Shown here: in pieces, positions 12,700 through 25,841 of the stretch
Numbering within the stretch: position 1 is the stretch's first letter
How the letters are laid out: every line of letters starts with the position of its first letter
Notes under the pieces: generated by a model
Told to the model about the DNA's origin: nothing
The model's input: the letters and a program-made list of their open reading frames with translations, nothing else
Database searches by the model: none
Position numbers and translations under genes: made by a program
Origin: Octopus vulgaris
Taxonomy: Eukaryota
Assembly (NCBI GenBank): GCA_951406725.2
Contig: OX597826.1
Span: forward strand, 5,952,001 to 6,016,000
DNA length: 64,000 bases
Direction of reading: 5' to 3'

Positions 12700-12860
12700 A
12701 GTGGCTACCGCCGATGTAATTGTCCCTAAATTCTGAGTGATGCTTATTTTATTGAACATAGTAGGAGGAAGAATGATTCGACGGTTGCAGCATTTGAAAC
12801 AAAAACATTAGAGAGTGTACTTGAATACTGCAATAAATGTGTGTCGCTCTGTCAGCCGAA
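12700..12860 (-). mobile_element. Highly decayed SINE family B-like fragment
   Basis: Faint match (CTTATTTTATTGA..GAATGA..GCATTTGAAACAAAAAC). Confidence 0.35.
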
Positions 12861-14154
12861 CTTGACATCCAGCACCATGATGAATAGAGTAATATAGTAA
12901 ACCCTGAAGGAAAATAAAACCAATGACACGAATGGAGAGTATCTGGTTAACGAAACGCAGTATATAACTGTTTGTTTTATTGTGATTAGCAGGAAGAAAG
13001 AGAAAATAAAGTACTTACAGGATTTTATTGTATCGGTGTTTTCTCAATTCTTGTCTACTACCTTGGGAACTGCTGGAGGAATTAGGTTCATTTTAATGTA
13101 GTGTAAATGCTTGAAATACAGCTTTAACTTATGTAATTTGCATCAACTTTCACACACAGCTCTATATAATATCAACCGAAAATGAAGCCTGGTGTCTCGA
13201 AGCAGATTAAGAATGCATATAATGAGATCAGTCGAATGGGACGTGTATGCCATCCATGATTTTGATTGAAATAGTAATTATAAGGTCTTCAAAGGGAGGA
13301 CTTTTACTGCTCTTGCCTCAGCTTATTAATGATAATAGTTTTCCAATAGCTGATGGATGCAATGTGAAGCTAGAACAGTTAAATGCAATATTTCAACGTG
13401 CTAACTTTCTGGTTCAAAACTTAACTTGGTTAAAAATAAACTTTACCGTATCTTGATATGATATACCCATAGCCACCCACCCCAACACATTTCACTCTAC
13501 AAATTAAGACGTATCTTAGAATTTTCAATGTTAAATGCCTATTCATTCTTATTGAAATCATTTCAATTTGCCAACGAAACTGAATTTGTAGCACTGAGAA
13601 TATTTCTTTTAAATGGAGATGAGAAATTCACCAGCATTCTTTTCAAATTGATCTCTGTATGATTTGTCTCTTTCTTTACAAAATTCCAGCTGTTCTGTAA
13701 TGCTTCAAACTTTATATTAGAAACGGTGTTAAGAAACGACAGAAGAAGAAAGAGTTGAATTGTGTCAGTGATCCTGTCTTAGACATTCAACAACTAAGAC
13801 TTTCTGTTAGTGTTATAAACACTTTAATATATACAATGCTATCTGGTGCATTATATTATACAATACTATGAAGAAATAAAATATAACTGATATAATGACA
13901 TGCACTGTAAATAGATTTCATATCTCCTCCTTCACCAAGTAAAAAAACCTTACATCTAGTCACATGCTATATAAGTATCAGTCCGACATCTTAAATAAAC
14001 ATTTAAGCAATATCAAAATGTTAACTAGTCTACCAAAGAGTACATATTTTATAATCCAATCATCCTCAACTGTGCTAAAAGATTAAAAGTATTTTAAACG
14101 TGAATAGCGACCAGATGGAAAATATTGTTTCTGAATTATACTTAATAGTAATTG

Positions 14155-14568
14155 ACGGATCTTTTCGGTTTGAAAGGCAGTTTTTAACATAATTTCTAAG
14201 TAAATACAAAATTTTAAACTTCGTATACTTTTAGAATGTGTTTATAAAACATCTTTTTCTCTTGGCTTTATTGAAAAACTTCTATAGTTTGTAAGATATT
14301 TGTTGTGTTTTTTCTTCAATTTCAGCAATTTCAACCAATCACTGACGTCTATTGAGGTAAAAACATTCTGTGCCGTATGAATATGTCTCTCGTTTAAGAA
14401 ACAGATTGGGTTTATTTAATTTTGTGAAAAAAAGATACCCTTCCCCCAACCCCTAACCCTAACTCTAAAACATTGAAATGCAATAGATCGATACTAGGGT
14501 CATAATTATGGGTGACAATTTCATATGACACCGCTAGAAAAACTGCCGTTCAAACCGAAAAGATCCGT
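14155..14568. mobile_element. Non-autonomous DNA transposon (MITE) with 31-bp TIRs
   Basis: ACGGATCTTTTCGGTTTGAAAGGCAGTTTTT at 14155 and its reverse complement (1 mismatch) ending at 14568. Imperfect flanking direct repeat GTAATTGA/GTAAGTTGA. Confidence 0.85.
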
Positions 14569-15379
14569 AAGTTGAATTTCAAGGTTGTTTATATTATAGA
14601 TCTGTAATTTAATTTCATTTGAATAACTTCACTGCAACGTCTCCCAAGTAGAAATGTTTAGCTTGATTGGTTTATCACACGGGTTTCGTGGTGCCGATGT
14701 ATTGATCAGCTGACACATTCTATGAAAGATCTCATAGAGTTTCACCATAATCATTTCCACTAATATTACGTCTTCTAAATTGCTGCTTGTGGCATCCCTT
14801 CATGAACAAAATTTCGGATAAATCATTTATAACAATGCTAACTTCTTCATTATTGAACAGAAATTAATTGCGACATTATCATGTGTGTTTCATAAATCAC
14901 ATTAATCAATGTAATTACATTCATTTAAATCTCGATCGTCACACTCTACCCAACACCTTTGCAATCGGGAACAAAAGTCTTCGGCGTTTCACAGACACAC
15001 ACGGAACTAAGTAGCTAAATGGGCGTTGACACATCATTACATTATGCAACATTAGAGAAAATGTTATTGTTACGAAAATCTGAATTCTAGAATTTACAAT
15101 TTAGTAACTGGACATAATAAGAAGTCAACTATGCAATGTTAGCAATTATTAAAAGTGACAGAGCGATACATTCTTACTATCATGTCTAGCACATTGGTCT
15201 GTGTACTACAGGATATATCCAAAAAATGTTACTATAAAAAATGGATGCTTTATTTCATTCTCTATCTTAAAAATTAACACAGTTGAGATTTATATCAATT
15301 ATTTAGGCTAACTGAACTCACATAAATCAAATACTAAAATTTGGTTAAGGTTTTAGTGTAGAAAGTTACTGGTAATATA

Positions 15380-15440
15380 TCTCTCTCTATATAAACGGCA
15401 GTTTGTCTGTGCGTGTTTCTGTGTGTCTGTATACCTGTAC
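15380..15440 (+). mobile_element. Possible Helitron 5' end fragment
   Basis: A|TCTCTCTCTATATAAACGGCAGTTTGTCTGTG resembles the 5' ends at 27376 and 52650. Confidence 0.3.
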
Positions 15441-16359
15441 AATATAAATGTACAGTTTCATCTTTCTCAAATTCTTTACCATGAAAGACCAAGTATAATT
15501 AAGAAGCAGCAAAATATAATATTCTAAAGTGTTAACATTTCGAGTAACGTAGTTGCATAATCTATTTAGCATTTTACTATTGTTCAAGAAACAAATTGAT
15601 TCCTAAACAAGTGCAGAGATAGTCAGATGACTCACTCGAATTCTCAGATCTATTCTTTATATATATCTTTTTGAGGTGAGAATTATATTGCACATTTTCT
15701 ACAGATAACGCGCAGTTTGTAGTTGGGTATAATCTGTTGCCTTTTAAATTCAGCAGCACCTGTATATCTATTAGATGTAAGGGTAGTAGGCAAGATATTC
15801 TTCGTTAAATTGTGACATATATTTTTACTCCTTGGTGACCTTTAACCAAGAAGATTGTTATTAAAAACATCATTGATTGTACTGCTATATTTGTGATATT
15901 TGTGAGTAATTTTCGGGTTCGTCTGGACTGAATAGGAGGCATAGTTTTCCTCAGAATTGTTAAGCGAACTTTGGACTCATGTTTTAGAGATAAAAATCTC
16001 TGAGCGGATGTAACTGAAAATTTCATTGCATGCTCTGTGTAGAATAGAGAGATCTTCAACAATAAACTTTATATATGGAATTCATTTTCCCTATTTTATT
16101 CTGTAAACAATCTTATTCTCTATATGTACAATGATTGTGTTCATACAATATGTACGCGTGCGCACGGTTTTATGTTATACGTACGCTATCGAAAATTTCC
16201 TCGGTTGCAATTACTTTCACTGACTGATACTTTCTACTCTATCATTGCGGCATTACGTAGATGTTACAGAAGTTTCATAGAGCAAAGATTAGTACATGTT
16301 TCTGTTGCATCAATAGAACGTTTCTCTCGTTAAATGAATGGGCTAGATAGACAAGACGA

Positions 16360-16563
16360 GACCCCATTCGGTCATGAATAGCCAGGGGGTGTAACTAGAA
16401 AGTTCATTCTTGAGGCACAAGTCTCGGCAAGGTCGTTTATGGAAGACTAGGAGTCGCTCATGCGTGATAGCCTTCCCGTTCCACGCCATCGATGTTATCC
16501 AAGACAAAGTCCGATACAGCTTGAAACCAGTGACGGCGCAACTCATTTCTACAGTTGGGTGAA
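16360..16563 (-). mobile_element. SINE family D, 3' part, inverted relative to its neighbour
   Basis: Reverse complement aligns with 16680-16870 (CAACTGTAGAAATGAG..CAAGCTGTATCGG..GTCTTCCATAAAC..GAACTTTCTAG). Confidence 0.75.
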
Positions 16564-16880
16564 GGTGCATGGCTCAGTGGTTAGAGTCGGGCTCAGCATA
16601 AGGAGGTAGTGAGTTTGAATCCTGGACCAGGCTGTGCGTTGGGCTCTTTGGAAAGACACTTTATTTCACATTGCCCCAATTCACTCAACTGTAAAAATGA
16701 GTGTCAAGCTGTATCGGCGTTTGTTTTTCTCTGGGACAACATCGCTAATGTGAAAAGGGGAGGCTTGTATGCATGGGCGACCGGTAGTCTTCCATAAACA
16801 ACCTTTCCCGGACTTGTACCTAGCATGAGAACTTTCTAGGTGCAATCCCATGGTCAATCGTGACCGATAGAGTTCTTTAC
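16563..16880 (+). mobile_element. tRNA-derived SINE family D
   Basis: A box TGGCTCAGTGG, B-box-like GAGTTTGAATCC, central TTCACTCAACTGTAAAAATGAGT. Confidence 0.8.
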
Positions 16881-17904
16881 TAAACAAGACTAATATCTAA
16901 ACTTTTGCCCTGTGGTTTTCTTGCAGTTATATTGTTCTCTGAAATTTCTGCATTCTTTTTAAAGGTGGTATAAAATGATTTTGAAGCTGTTGTATCTGAT
17001 TTAGTGAATATTTCAAATATATTCATGTGATTCTTACGAAAATAGAGAGCTTGAAGATGTAAATCAGTAGCTTTTTGATAAGTTTGTTGTTATTCTTCTA
17101 TCAAACTATGTTAATTTTCATCGGGAAAAGCTATGATATGTATCTCTAGTTTGAGATATACTCTGCCTCTGCCAAGGTAAATACAATTTTACAATTTCAG
17201 TCATCCAGTGATTAATTGTATGAAATAGGGTTACATTCGCTCCCCTGTCCAAGCAATGAATCGAATGGTTTATAATCAGAATTATTATTGAAGATGAACC
17301 CCTGATTGTCAACGGCCTTATCGTTCTGACGATGAAGTCAATATTTATTTTCAAGTAGTCTTTCTAAGGATTTTCATTTTTAGTATGATTTTAATGGATA
17401 TACATACAGATGCATATGCACATATATCACAAAGCACGCACAGATGTCTATATTTGTTCAAAATATAAGTTTTAAGATAGGTAGCGTCGATCTAACCAAT
17501 CTCTTGATGCTGTCCCCTAATATAGAAAACTTGTTATGTCATCCTGCTCTTTTATGCTTGCTTTTTCTCCGTCTGTCACTAAAACCATAGCTGGTCTTAG
17601 AAAGTGGGTGGAGAAAAACAATACGTCCAAAACAATTGAAAAAGGGAAAAAGAAGAAATTATAGAAGCAGGGGCTCTAATTCCGTGACATTTGAACTTTG
17701 GACAATACATTCATTCACAAATTTAAATCTGCATTAGATATCGTTTGGTTTGTCGAATGGTAATTTTTTTTGCCATTGGCTTGAAACAAAGCTGCATTAT
17801 TAAGCTTTATTCTACTTATACGTCCATATATGGCACGCACAACACACACTTGCATACACATATATAAACACACTCACACGAAAGCACATACACACACACA
17901 TATA

Positions 17905-18330
17905 CACGAGGCTAAGTAATAGATTATACGCAACCTTGTTTCTGTAATTTCTTAAAAGAAAAGCATGAGTTAAACAATGATATCATTTTGAGACATTGTC
18001 TGCTCCCTTTTCGATGCATGTCTTCCAGCAGACCACCAGCTTGCTTATTGCGTCGAAGTTTTTTCGGCAAGTGGCAAAGGCATTTATAGTCCGCTTCCCA
18101 TAGTTCGCCTTCCGTAGCAAATCGCAGCCACTTCAAGCATATTTGAACTGCCAATGTGGTGCTAGACGTATGGAGCGAGATTTGCACAGGTTTTTTCAGG
18201 AACACAAAAACCCTATTCTCAATGGTTTTAATATTGTGACCGGCCGTATATGCGCATGCATTGTTGTGCCGCAATAACATTTGCTTGGTATAATACAACT
18301 TGGCTTTTGATGCAAATCGTTCGTTTCAGT
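17905..18330 (-). mobile_element. Mariner transposase C-terminal remnant
   Basis: ORF 17924-18298 LLRHNNACAYTAGHNIKTIE..LRFATEGELWEADYKCL matches decayed LLHDNARPHTA..RFxTDEEVKEAVxxWL. TIR-like CGAGG at 17907. Confidence 0.7.
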
Positions 18331-18600
18331 TTCTTATCCAGCATTTCTTACCTGCCTTATAATTTACGGTTTACGGGAGATAACTCTTTCCCCACTTTTC
18401 TTTCTGATTACGTTTTCGTTTTCCGGGTTTTTAACCTTCCACTTTTTCTATATACCACTTACACACATTTTATCGTTTCTTCTCTCATTCATTTCCCATT
18501 CTCACATTTTCTCTCACTGACTTTTTTGTTATTAATAGCTGTGTTACAATTATTGTCTCTATTATTGTCTTTCTTAGGTTATGTAATTAAATCTAAACTG

Positions 18601-19190
18601 ATGACACTATCCCACAACCCTGATTACCAAATAATGGATGCAAGTTCCAATATAGCCATTCATCCCAATTGTATTAAAAAGTCCAGCTCAGACCATCCCT
18701 TACTGACGACACATCATCTTAGCTTAAACTCGCTAGAGCGGTACTTTAACTATCAAGCGAGCAAAAACTCCAGTAGCTGTCGCGCATCCAATATATGTCC
18801 ACTCAAGGGATTTTGTTTATGCAAAAATGTGATATAAAAATGTACTGTGATGACACCCCGCAACCACCAGGCAAGGATATATATGGGAGTGAAGTAAACT
18901 TTAAGCTTGAGCATCGTGCACATATTAATTCTTTTATTAACCCCAAAATCACATTTTCTACTTCACCAGCGACAAATATCCATAATTTCAAAGCACAAGA
19001 TCATACAGTGAAATCTATCCTCGTCAATAGTTACAAAGCCTCCCCTCACCCAATTAAAATTCATATATACTTAAACGTAAACTCTGTATTAAAGCATTAT
19101 GAACTATTCTGCGTATGTATAATTCTGCAATATTAAATTAGTTTTCAGCAATTATTTTCTCTTATAGACACGGGTATTATTTGAACCTTA
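18601..19190 (+). mobile_element. Penelope-like element GIY-YIG endonuclease remnant
   Basis: SCRASNICPLKGFCLCKNVI*KCTV..RIYMG, then after a frameshift NFKLEHRAHINSF..STSPATNIH. Matches the PLE pattern CPLxGxCLxxNxIY..YIG..FKxRxxxHxxSF. Confidence 0.75.
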
Positions 19191-19440
19191 GACATTTGAC
19201 TCTTGACCAGACATTGTTATTCCGATAAAATCTTAATTTTAAAAGCATGGATTTTATCTCCTCCTCTAAACCTCAACCTCTAATATTATCAATAGCTTCG
19301 TCTTAAGAGTAGTATATTCTCCCCTCCTACTACTCTCTAAAACACAGACTCCCTACAAATAAGTGTAGCTCTCTATACAGATTTTCAACTTTGAATTCCA
19401 CCACATCAACATAACAAGTGTAAACTTATCGAGTGGAAAC

Positions 19441-19532
19441 GTCTCTGAAGAAGGAGAAGGTGGTATGAATTATTGGACCTTAAAATCCATTATATCTTTG
19501 GACCACTATGCCGCCAGAAACAACTGTCTGAC
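19441..19532 (+). ncRNA. Type I hammerhead ribozyme-like motif with enlarged stem II
   Basis: GTCT-CTGAAGA..GGTGGTAT/ATGCCGCC helix..GAAAC-AACT-GTC-TGAC. Stem I pairs 3 of 4. Lies downstream of the GIY-YIG remnant. Confidence 0.5.
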
Positions 19533-21916
19533 CTTAACGACTTATAACATTCTATTTGGATTTATAGCATTCTACACTTATGCTCCACCCATTCTATTTT
19601 AATGTATTTTTAATGTATTTATATATGTACATATCTACATATGGTTTTGTGCAAATAATATTTTTAGAACGGAGTATATTTTATTATATGCATATTGGTA
19701 AAGCGTGTTTTGGTTCTCATCATTATTCATTTCCTATTCTTCTTATGGCACAAATGTCTTGAGCACTTCGGTGTTTTCTCAATATATAGAGAAAACTTAA
19801 TATCAATTATATGTATGTATGTACAGCAATATCGTCTTCATAAATATATACCAATTCATACAGTGGTCGTCTACAAGCCTGTGTGTTTGTCTTTGAGCCT
19901 GTCTTTCTATCAAACAACTTATTTATCAGTTTGTAACGACCTATTGGTTAAAAAACACAATAACGGTATTAATACAGCTAAAGATTTTTTACAGACGTAT
20001 TAAAAGAGCAAGATATCATTAAAGACCATTTAACTCTTTTATTGATTAGTACGTGCGGCAGTATAACGGACGTACCCCCTATATATTACGGGAAGTATTC
20101 ATTTTTCTATTTAGATATTTATTTTACGCCAAGGCCTTATGTGTTTCAATCAACATTAAACAGTATATACTTCAGTTTTGCAGTCTGCAGACTGTATTTT
20201 CTTTTATTCAACCAAACGAGAACATGTTTTATTTTGCGTCCCTTGAAATTTATGCTCGTTAAGGGCTGCGTTATTTTTTTTTATGCTCGTAACTAAGTTG
20301 GCTATTGTAGTTACTATCATATTTTTATATTACTTTTTAGGGGTATATTGGCTCATAAGTTTTAATTACATTGTCGTATCGCTGTAATGTGGCAACTATA
20401 CTGATTATTGCGGAAGTGAAAAAGTTTGAGATCTATAACATCTATTATGATATGGACAGTTGTTTCATGAACGCCTTTGATTAAATATGTTTGATCAACG
20501 AAGGAAGAAGTGGGTTTAAATGAAATTGTGTATAATACACAAATATTTATGGAAATTCTATATGTGTACTCAAGGCCACAGCAACATGTGCCTTAGAAGA
20601 GGGAAAAAGAAAAAGAGACAAGCAACAAATCGTTGAAGAAATAAGCAAGTACAAAGATAAGTGGTCAAATTTATGATAACAATACGTCGGGAGTATTGAT
20701 ATGTTCTGATTTCCCCTGAACAGCCAAGCTACGAATTCAAAACTAGAATAGGATTATATTCTTTACGGTTCAATGATTAAACATTTTAACGCTAGCTACT
20801 GGATAAAAAGTCATTTGTCTCCGTTTAATCTTAACTTCTGTGTACAAATATCTACTTCGGTTTGATAGTATTGAGATCAGCATTAATGCTATATTAAACC
20901 GTCAATAATATATCATTTGTATTCGATTTACTATGTGATCTTCTGTCTCATCTGTTTGTTTATTTAACTCTTCTTGCTTACTTTTGAACCTATGATTATG
21001 TTAAATAAAGCACTTACGCGATGAGTTATAAAACACAATATATTCTTAGAAAAATATAAAAGTAAAATGAAAACTTAGATTGTAAAGGAATATAATACGA
21101 ACGGAAATGATAGATACTTAAACGCTCTTTGTTTTATTTATTTATGTGACACATCCTGATCTCTCCTTCGAAAATAGCTTTTAAAATCTTATGTATATTT
21201 TCAGATTGGAAATGAATGTAAGTTAAACGGATTATACGCTGATACTTTAACGGCATTAGTCTTTCAATTTTACAGCGGCTGTTCACATCAGAATGCATTT
21301 TATAAATATAATGGTTAAGTGGTTAATCTGGTGTAACCGCTAAAAACGTCTATCACATTTTGAAAGTAAAACAACACATAAAACAAATGAAGCGAGTGTT
21401 GGAATGTACGGGAAAAGAGATACAACCGCATCTTTATTCCTCCAAAAAGGAAACTATGCGCATAGATACTTACATAATATCCATATATAACCATAAATAC
21501 ACACGCATGCTTACATACATGTGTGAAGACGTACACGCATATATTCTTACAAGATATACAAGCACACACATCACTAACATAAGACGTAATGACTTTGTGG
21601 ATGTTCTAAACATCTTCGTTCGGTATATTTGCAAACATGAGATGCAGCTGGATTTAATAACAAAATATATGTTCATATGGAGATGGAATATGGCCCAAAA
21701 TAAATGTTCATATTTGTCAAATGGGTGAGAGGCAGAAACCAAGCATCAGTAGTCCCTTTGCACTCTTCCCAATTGCACTCAATATGTGTAACAGGAACAT
21801 AGATACTCATGAAAATAAATCGACGGAAAATGGCGAAAGCAAATATAAAATAAGCAAAATATATAAAAAAATAAAGGGAAAATAGCAAAAAGAATATATA
21901 TGTGTGTGTGTAAAAA

Positions 21917-21952
21917 AAAGTGTGGCTAACCCTTCAGGGTTAGCCACATTTT
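21917..21952. other. Short inverted repeat (16-bp stem with one G-T pair)
   Basis: AAAGTGTGGCTAACCC-TTCA-GGGTTAGCCACATTTT. Confidence 0.85.
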
Positions 21953-22039
21953 CGTGGCAAATAGACTTCACGATGTCGTGTGCAGCCACTGTTTATAACT
22001 CGCTCAGAGATTTATTATACATATATTTACACATATATG

Positions 22040-22073
<34 letters not shown>

Positions 22074-22200
22074 TGTATGTATGTATATATGTATGTATGT
22101 ATGTATATATATAAAGATATATATATAAATGCATGTATGTATATAAGGATATGTATATATATATATAAAGATATGTATATATATATATATATAAATATAT

Positions 22201-22357
22201 AGGAGTGGCTGTAGGGTAAGTAACTTGTTTACCAACCACATGGTTCCGGGTTCAGTCCCACTGCGTGGCACCTTGGGTAACTGTCTACTATAGCCTCGGG
22301 CCGACCAAAGCCTTGCGAGTGGATTTGGTAGACGGAAACTGAAAGAAGCCCGTCGTA

Positions 22358-22436
<79 letters not shown>

Positions 22437-22652
22437 TTGTATGTCTGTATTTGCCCCCCCCCCCCACATCGCTTGCCAGCCGATGCTGGTGTATTTGTGT
22501 CCCTGTCACTTAGCGGTTCGGCAAAAGAGACCGATAGAATAAGTACTGGGCTTACAAAGAATAAGTCCCGGGGTCGAGTTGCTCGATTAAAGGCGGTGCT
22601 CCAGCGTAGCCGCAGTCAAATGACTGAAACAAGTAAAAGAGAAAAGAGTAAG

Positions 22653-22654
<2 letters not shown>
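22201..22654 (+). mobile_element. SINE family A
   Basis: GGAGTGGCTGTAGGG..GGTTCAGTCCCA head, internal (TA)n(TG)n, GAAACAAGTAAAAGAG tail. Confidence 0.9.
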
Positions 22655-22701
<47 letters not shown>

Positions 22702-23485
22702 GCAGTCATAGCTGCATTCTTACAAATAGATGATGTCCCTTATTGGTTTTGAAGCACCAGTGAAGATAGCAAGTTATGAGTCTCTTGGTTGGACAACTGA
22801 GTAGATCCGCTCAATAGGCAATAAAACCCCGCAAGACAATAGTAGTAGCTGAAAATTACTAGCAAAATATATCTGTGTTAAATGTGAAAGGGAAATGGGT
22901 AGAAGCTTAAGATCAGCGCAGAGAGATATTGAGTGTCGTATTGTATGATTTTGACCTTTGTTGGTGATCTATCTATCGAGCACCACCCATTCTTATTTGT
23001 TAGATTAGTAAATATGCTAGAGAAGCATAACAGTTTAGTGCTATGGAGAAAAGTACTGTTCCTGCTTCAGAGTGACTTGTTAGATTTCAGATATTTAATA
23101 CAGCTTCTAGTAAAAGCCAACACACCTGAACTTGTATGCATAGTGCAGGATAGTACCAAAATACCTGAGCGGATCGGACGGCCTCGCAGTCACCCACGTC
23201 ATTAAAGGTGAAGGCAGACATTTTCTAGAAACTATCTTGTAGTCTAACAAGAAGGTATACTACCACAAGCATTAATGGTAGTATTACCTGTTAATTACAA
23301 ATTCGAGTCTGTGGGCGTGATATATATTTCTTTAATACGTCACTAGAATATGATACATACCTTTTAAATTACACACAGAAATTTAATGTGCATATGTTCA
23401 AATTATTGAATGACATTTGATTCTCCTGAGTTGATACAACCACACATCCGTATGTGTGCCTGTACGCATGAATATCTATCTATCC

Positions 23486-23519
<34 letters not shown>

Positions 23520-24512
23520 TTATATATATATATATATAGATATATATATATGCACATGGAAAATACACATATGTAAATCTGTACATACATAAGTATGCAT
23601 AGATACACACATACACACACATAAACACACATATAGCGTGTTTATATGACTGAATCTATCCATTATTCTATCAATTTACCAGAATATAGGCATACATTTA
23701 CATGCACACACATTTAAATCTTCTTATATATATGTATCTATATATGTATGAATGTAAATATGCATATAGTATGTATGTATCTATGTCACACACTCTCTCT
23801 CAGTCTTTCTCTCTCTCTCTCAATATATATATACATATGTTAGTAATAAATTGCGTGAAAAATGTAATCAGTTTCAGGTATACAATTTGAATTATTAAAT
23901 GAATATGAACATTAATGATAGCTGAATTTACGTGAGTGAAATTGTAGCAAAGTCAATATAGCTTGTTACAGAAAATTGCTTGAAAATGAAACAGGAGATC
24001 GCCTTTCGCTTAATTCTAATTAACCGTAATGATAATACACTGTACTAATGGCTAGAGCATCATGATGGTAGGTAAGAGTGGTCTTCGAGGGCGTGCAGAC
24101 CTTGAACACATAGTTGTCATGGCAATTCGTTATAACGAATCGAATTACGGTGAATTTAATAGATACATGTGAAGGAGGAAAATATAATTGGTAATTTATA
24201 CATGCTAGGTTATCGTACGAGAATGTATCAAGCCGATTTTGTCATTCGTTCTTATTAGAAAGAGCATCTCTTTAAACACAGATTCATAGTTGGAACTTCT
24301 CCCTCTCTCTCTCTCTTTATGTATGTATACTTGTATATACATGCATCCATGTGTGTGCATAAGCGCGTGTTCGTTTGTGTGCGCTCGCGTGTGTGCGTGT
24401 GTCTGTATAGAAGTGTGTGTACTGGTGTGTGTCACTGTTTCTATATAAAACTTTATCTTTCTCTTATGCTGTATGTTTGGGTAAACGTATGCATACACAC
24501 ACACACACATGC

Positions 24513-24553
<41 letters not shown>

Positions 24554-25841
24554 TGGATATCCAGTCATACGTACATGAATGTATGTGTGTGCGCCACTCT
24601 CTGTTTGTGTGTGTGCGTCTCTTTTAGTGTGGCTCTTTATCCAAAAGTTCTGTATGATAAGCAATGGAGGTAATCAGAGGAACGATTTGACGATCATGTA
24701 CTAACATGCGTTCTGCTAATGGTGATGTAATTACAGTATAGGCAACTTATTTGCCAGAGATAGATAAATTGCGAGAAAGTCAGAGATTAGAGAAAGAGAG
24801 ACATTCAGAGACAGAAAGATAGAGAGAGCGAGAGAAAGAAAGAAATAAAGAAAGAAAGAGAGAGATGAGAGAGAGAGAGAGCAAGAGGGTGAGAGCACGA
24901 GAGGGAGAGAGATGAGAAAGAGTTCGTGTTAGAGAGAATAGAATGTCTTGCGTTACCTTTCCGAAATGACCAAGAAATATCTTTCTACCGGTAATTGATT
25001 GTGCGAATGCGCACAGAAAGAAAATCACGAAAAAGCTACGAACCTGGGTTCAAATAATTTTTCCTTGGATCTCGATCTTATGCTAAGTGACGATTTAGTT
25101 TTACCTTAAGGTAATATATCTGACATTTAAAAAAAAAAAAAAAAGAAAGAAGAAGAAGAGAAAAAGCAAACGAATAAAGATAAAGAAAACAAACAAACGA
25201 AGAACACATCTACTGCAGTAAGCAAAAAGTAGATCAGTAAATAAATAAATAAAATGCAATAAATACAATATGTAAATAAATAAAATTAAAGAAAAAGCAA
25301 ATCACATAATAAATAAAATATCCAAAAACATTTAGTCATTATATAACGGAACGAGTTTTGTAGGTAAGTGCATATGATTGCTTGTGTTACCATGTTTGCG
25401 TATATGTATGAGTAAGAGACAGAGTGTGTATATGTGTGCGTGTATGTGTGAGAGAAAGAGAGAGAGAGAGAGAGAAAGAGAACATGTGTGGGTGTATTTA
25501 AGTACCATCATGAACATGCTTATGCAATTGGAATGAACATATGTATAGTTTTTTCCTACAAGTCACCAGAGATGACAGCACGAAAGTGAAATCATTCGTA
25601 TCTCCTGGAAAATAAAGTTAACGATTGCCGGCTAACGTGAATCAAACTATGGCTGTGAACTACAATCCTCCTCCTCCCCCCATACTCCTCCTCCTCCTCC
25701 TCCTTTTCACCCCCTTTTTATCCTCCTCTTCATCCTCCTCTTCAACCTCCTCTCCATCATCCTCTTCTTCATCCTCTAAACAAAATCGCTACAATAAAGA
25801 CGTCAACCCTCATCACCACCTCTGCAACAGCAAAAAATAAC

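Noticed and set aside
22700-23230. Possible decayed LTR/other retroelement coding fragment
   Set aside because: No convincing catalytic motif recognised
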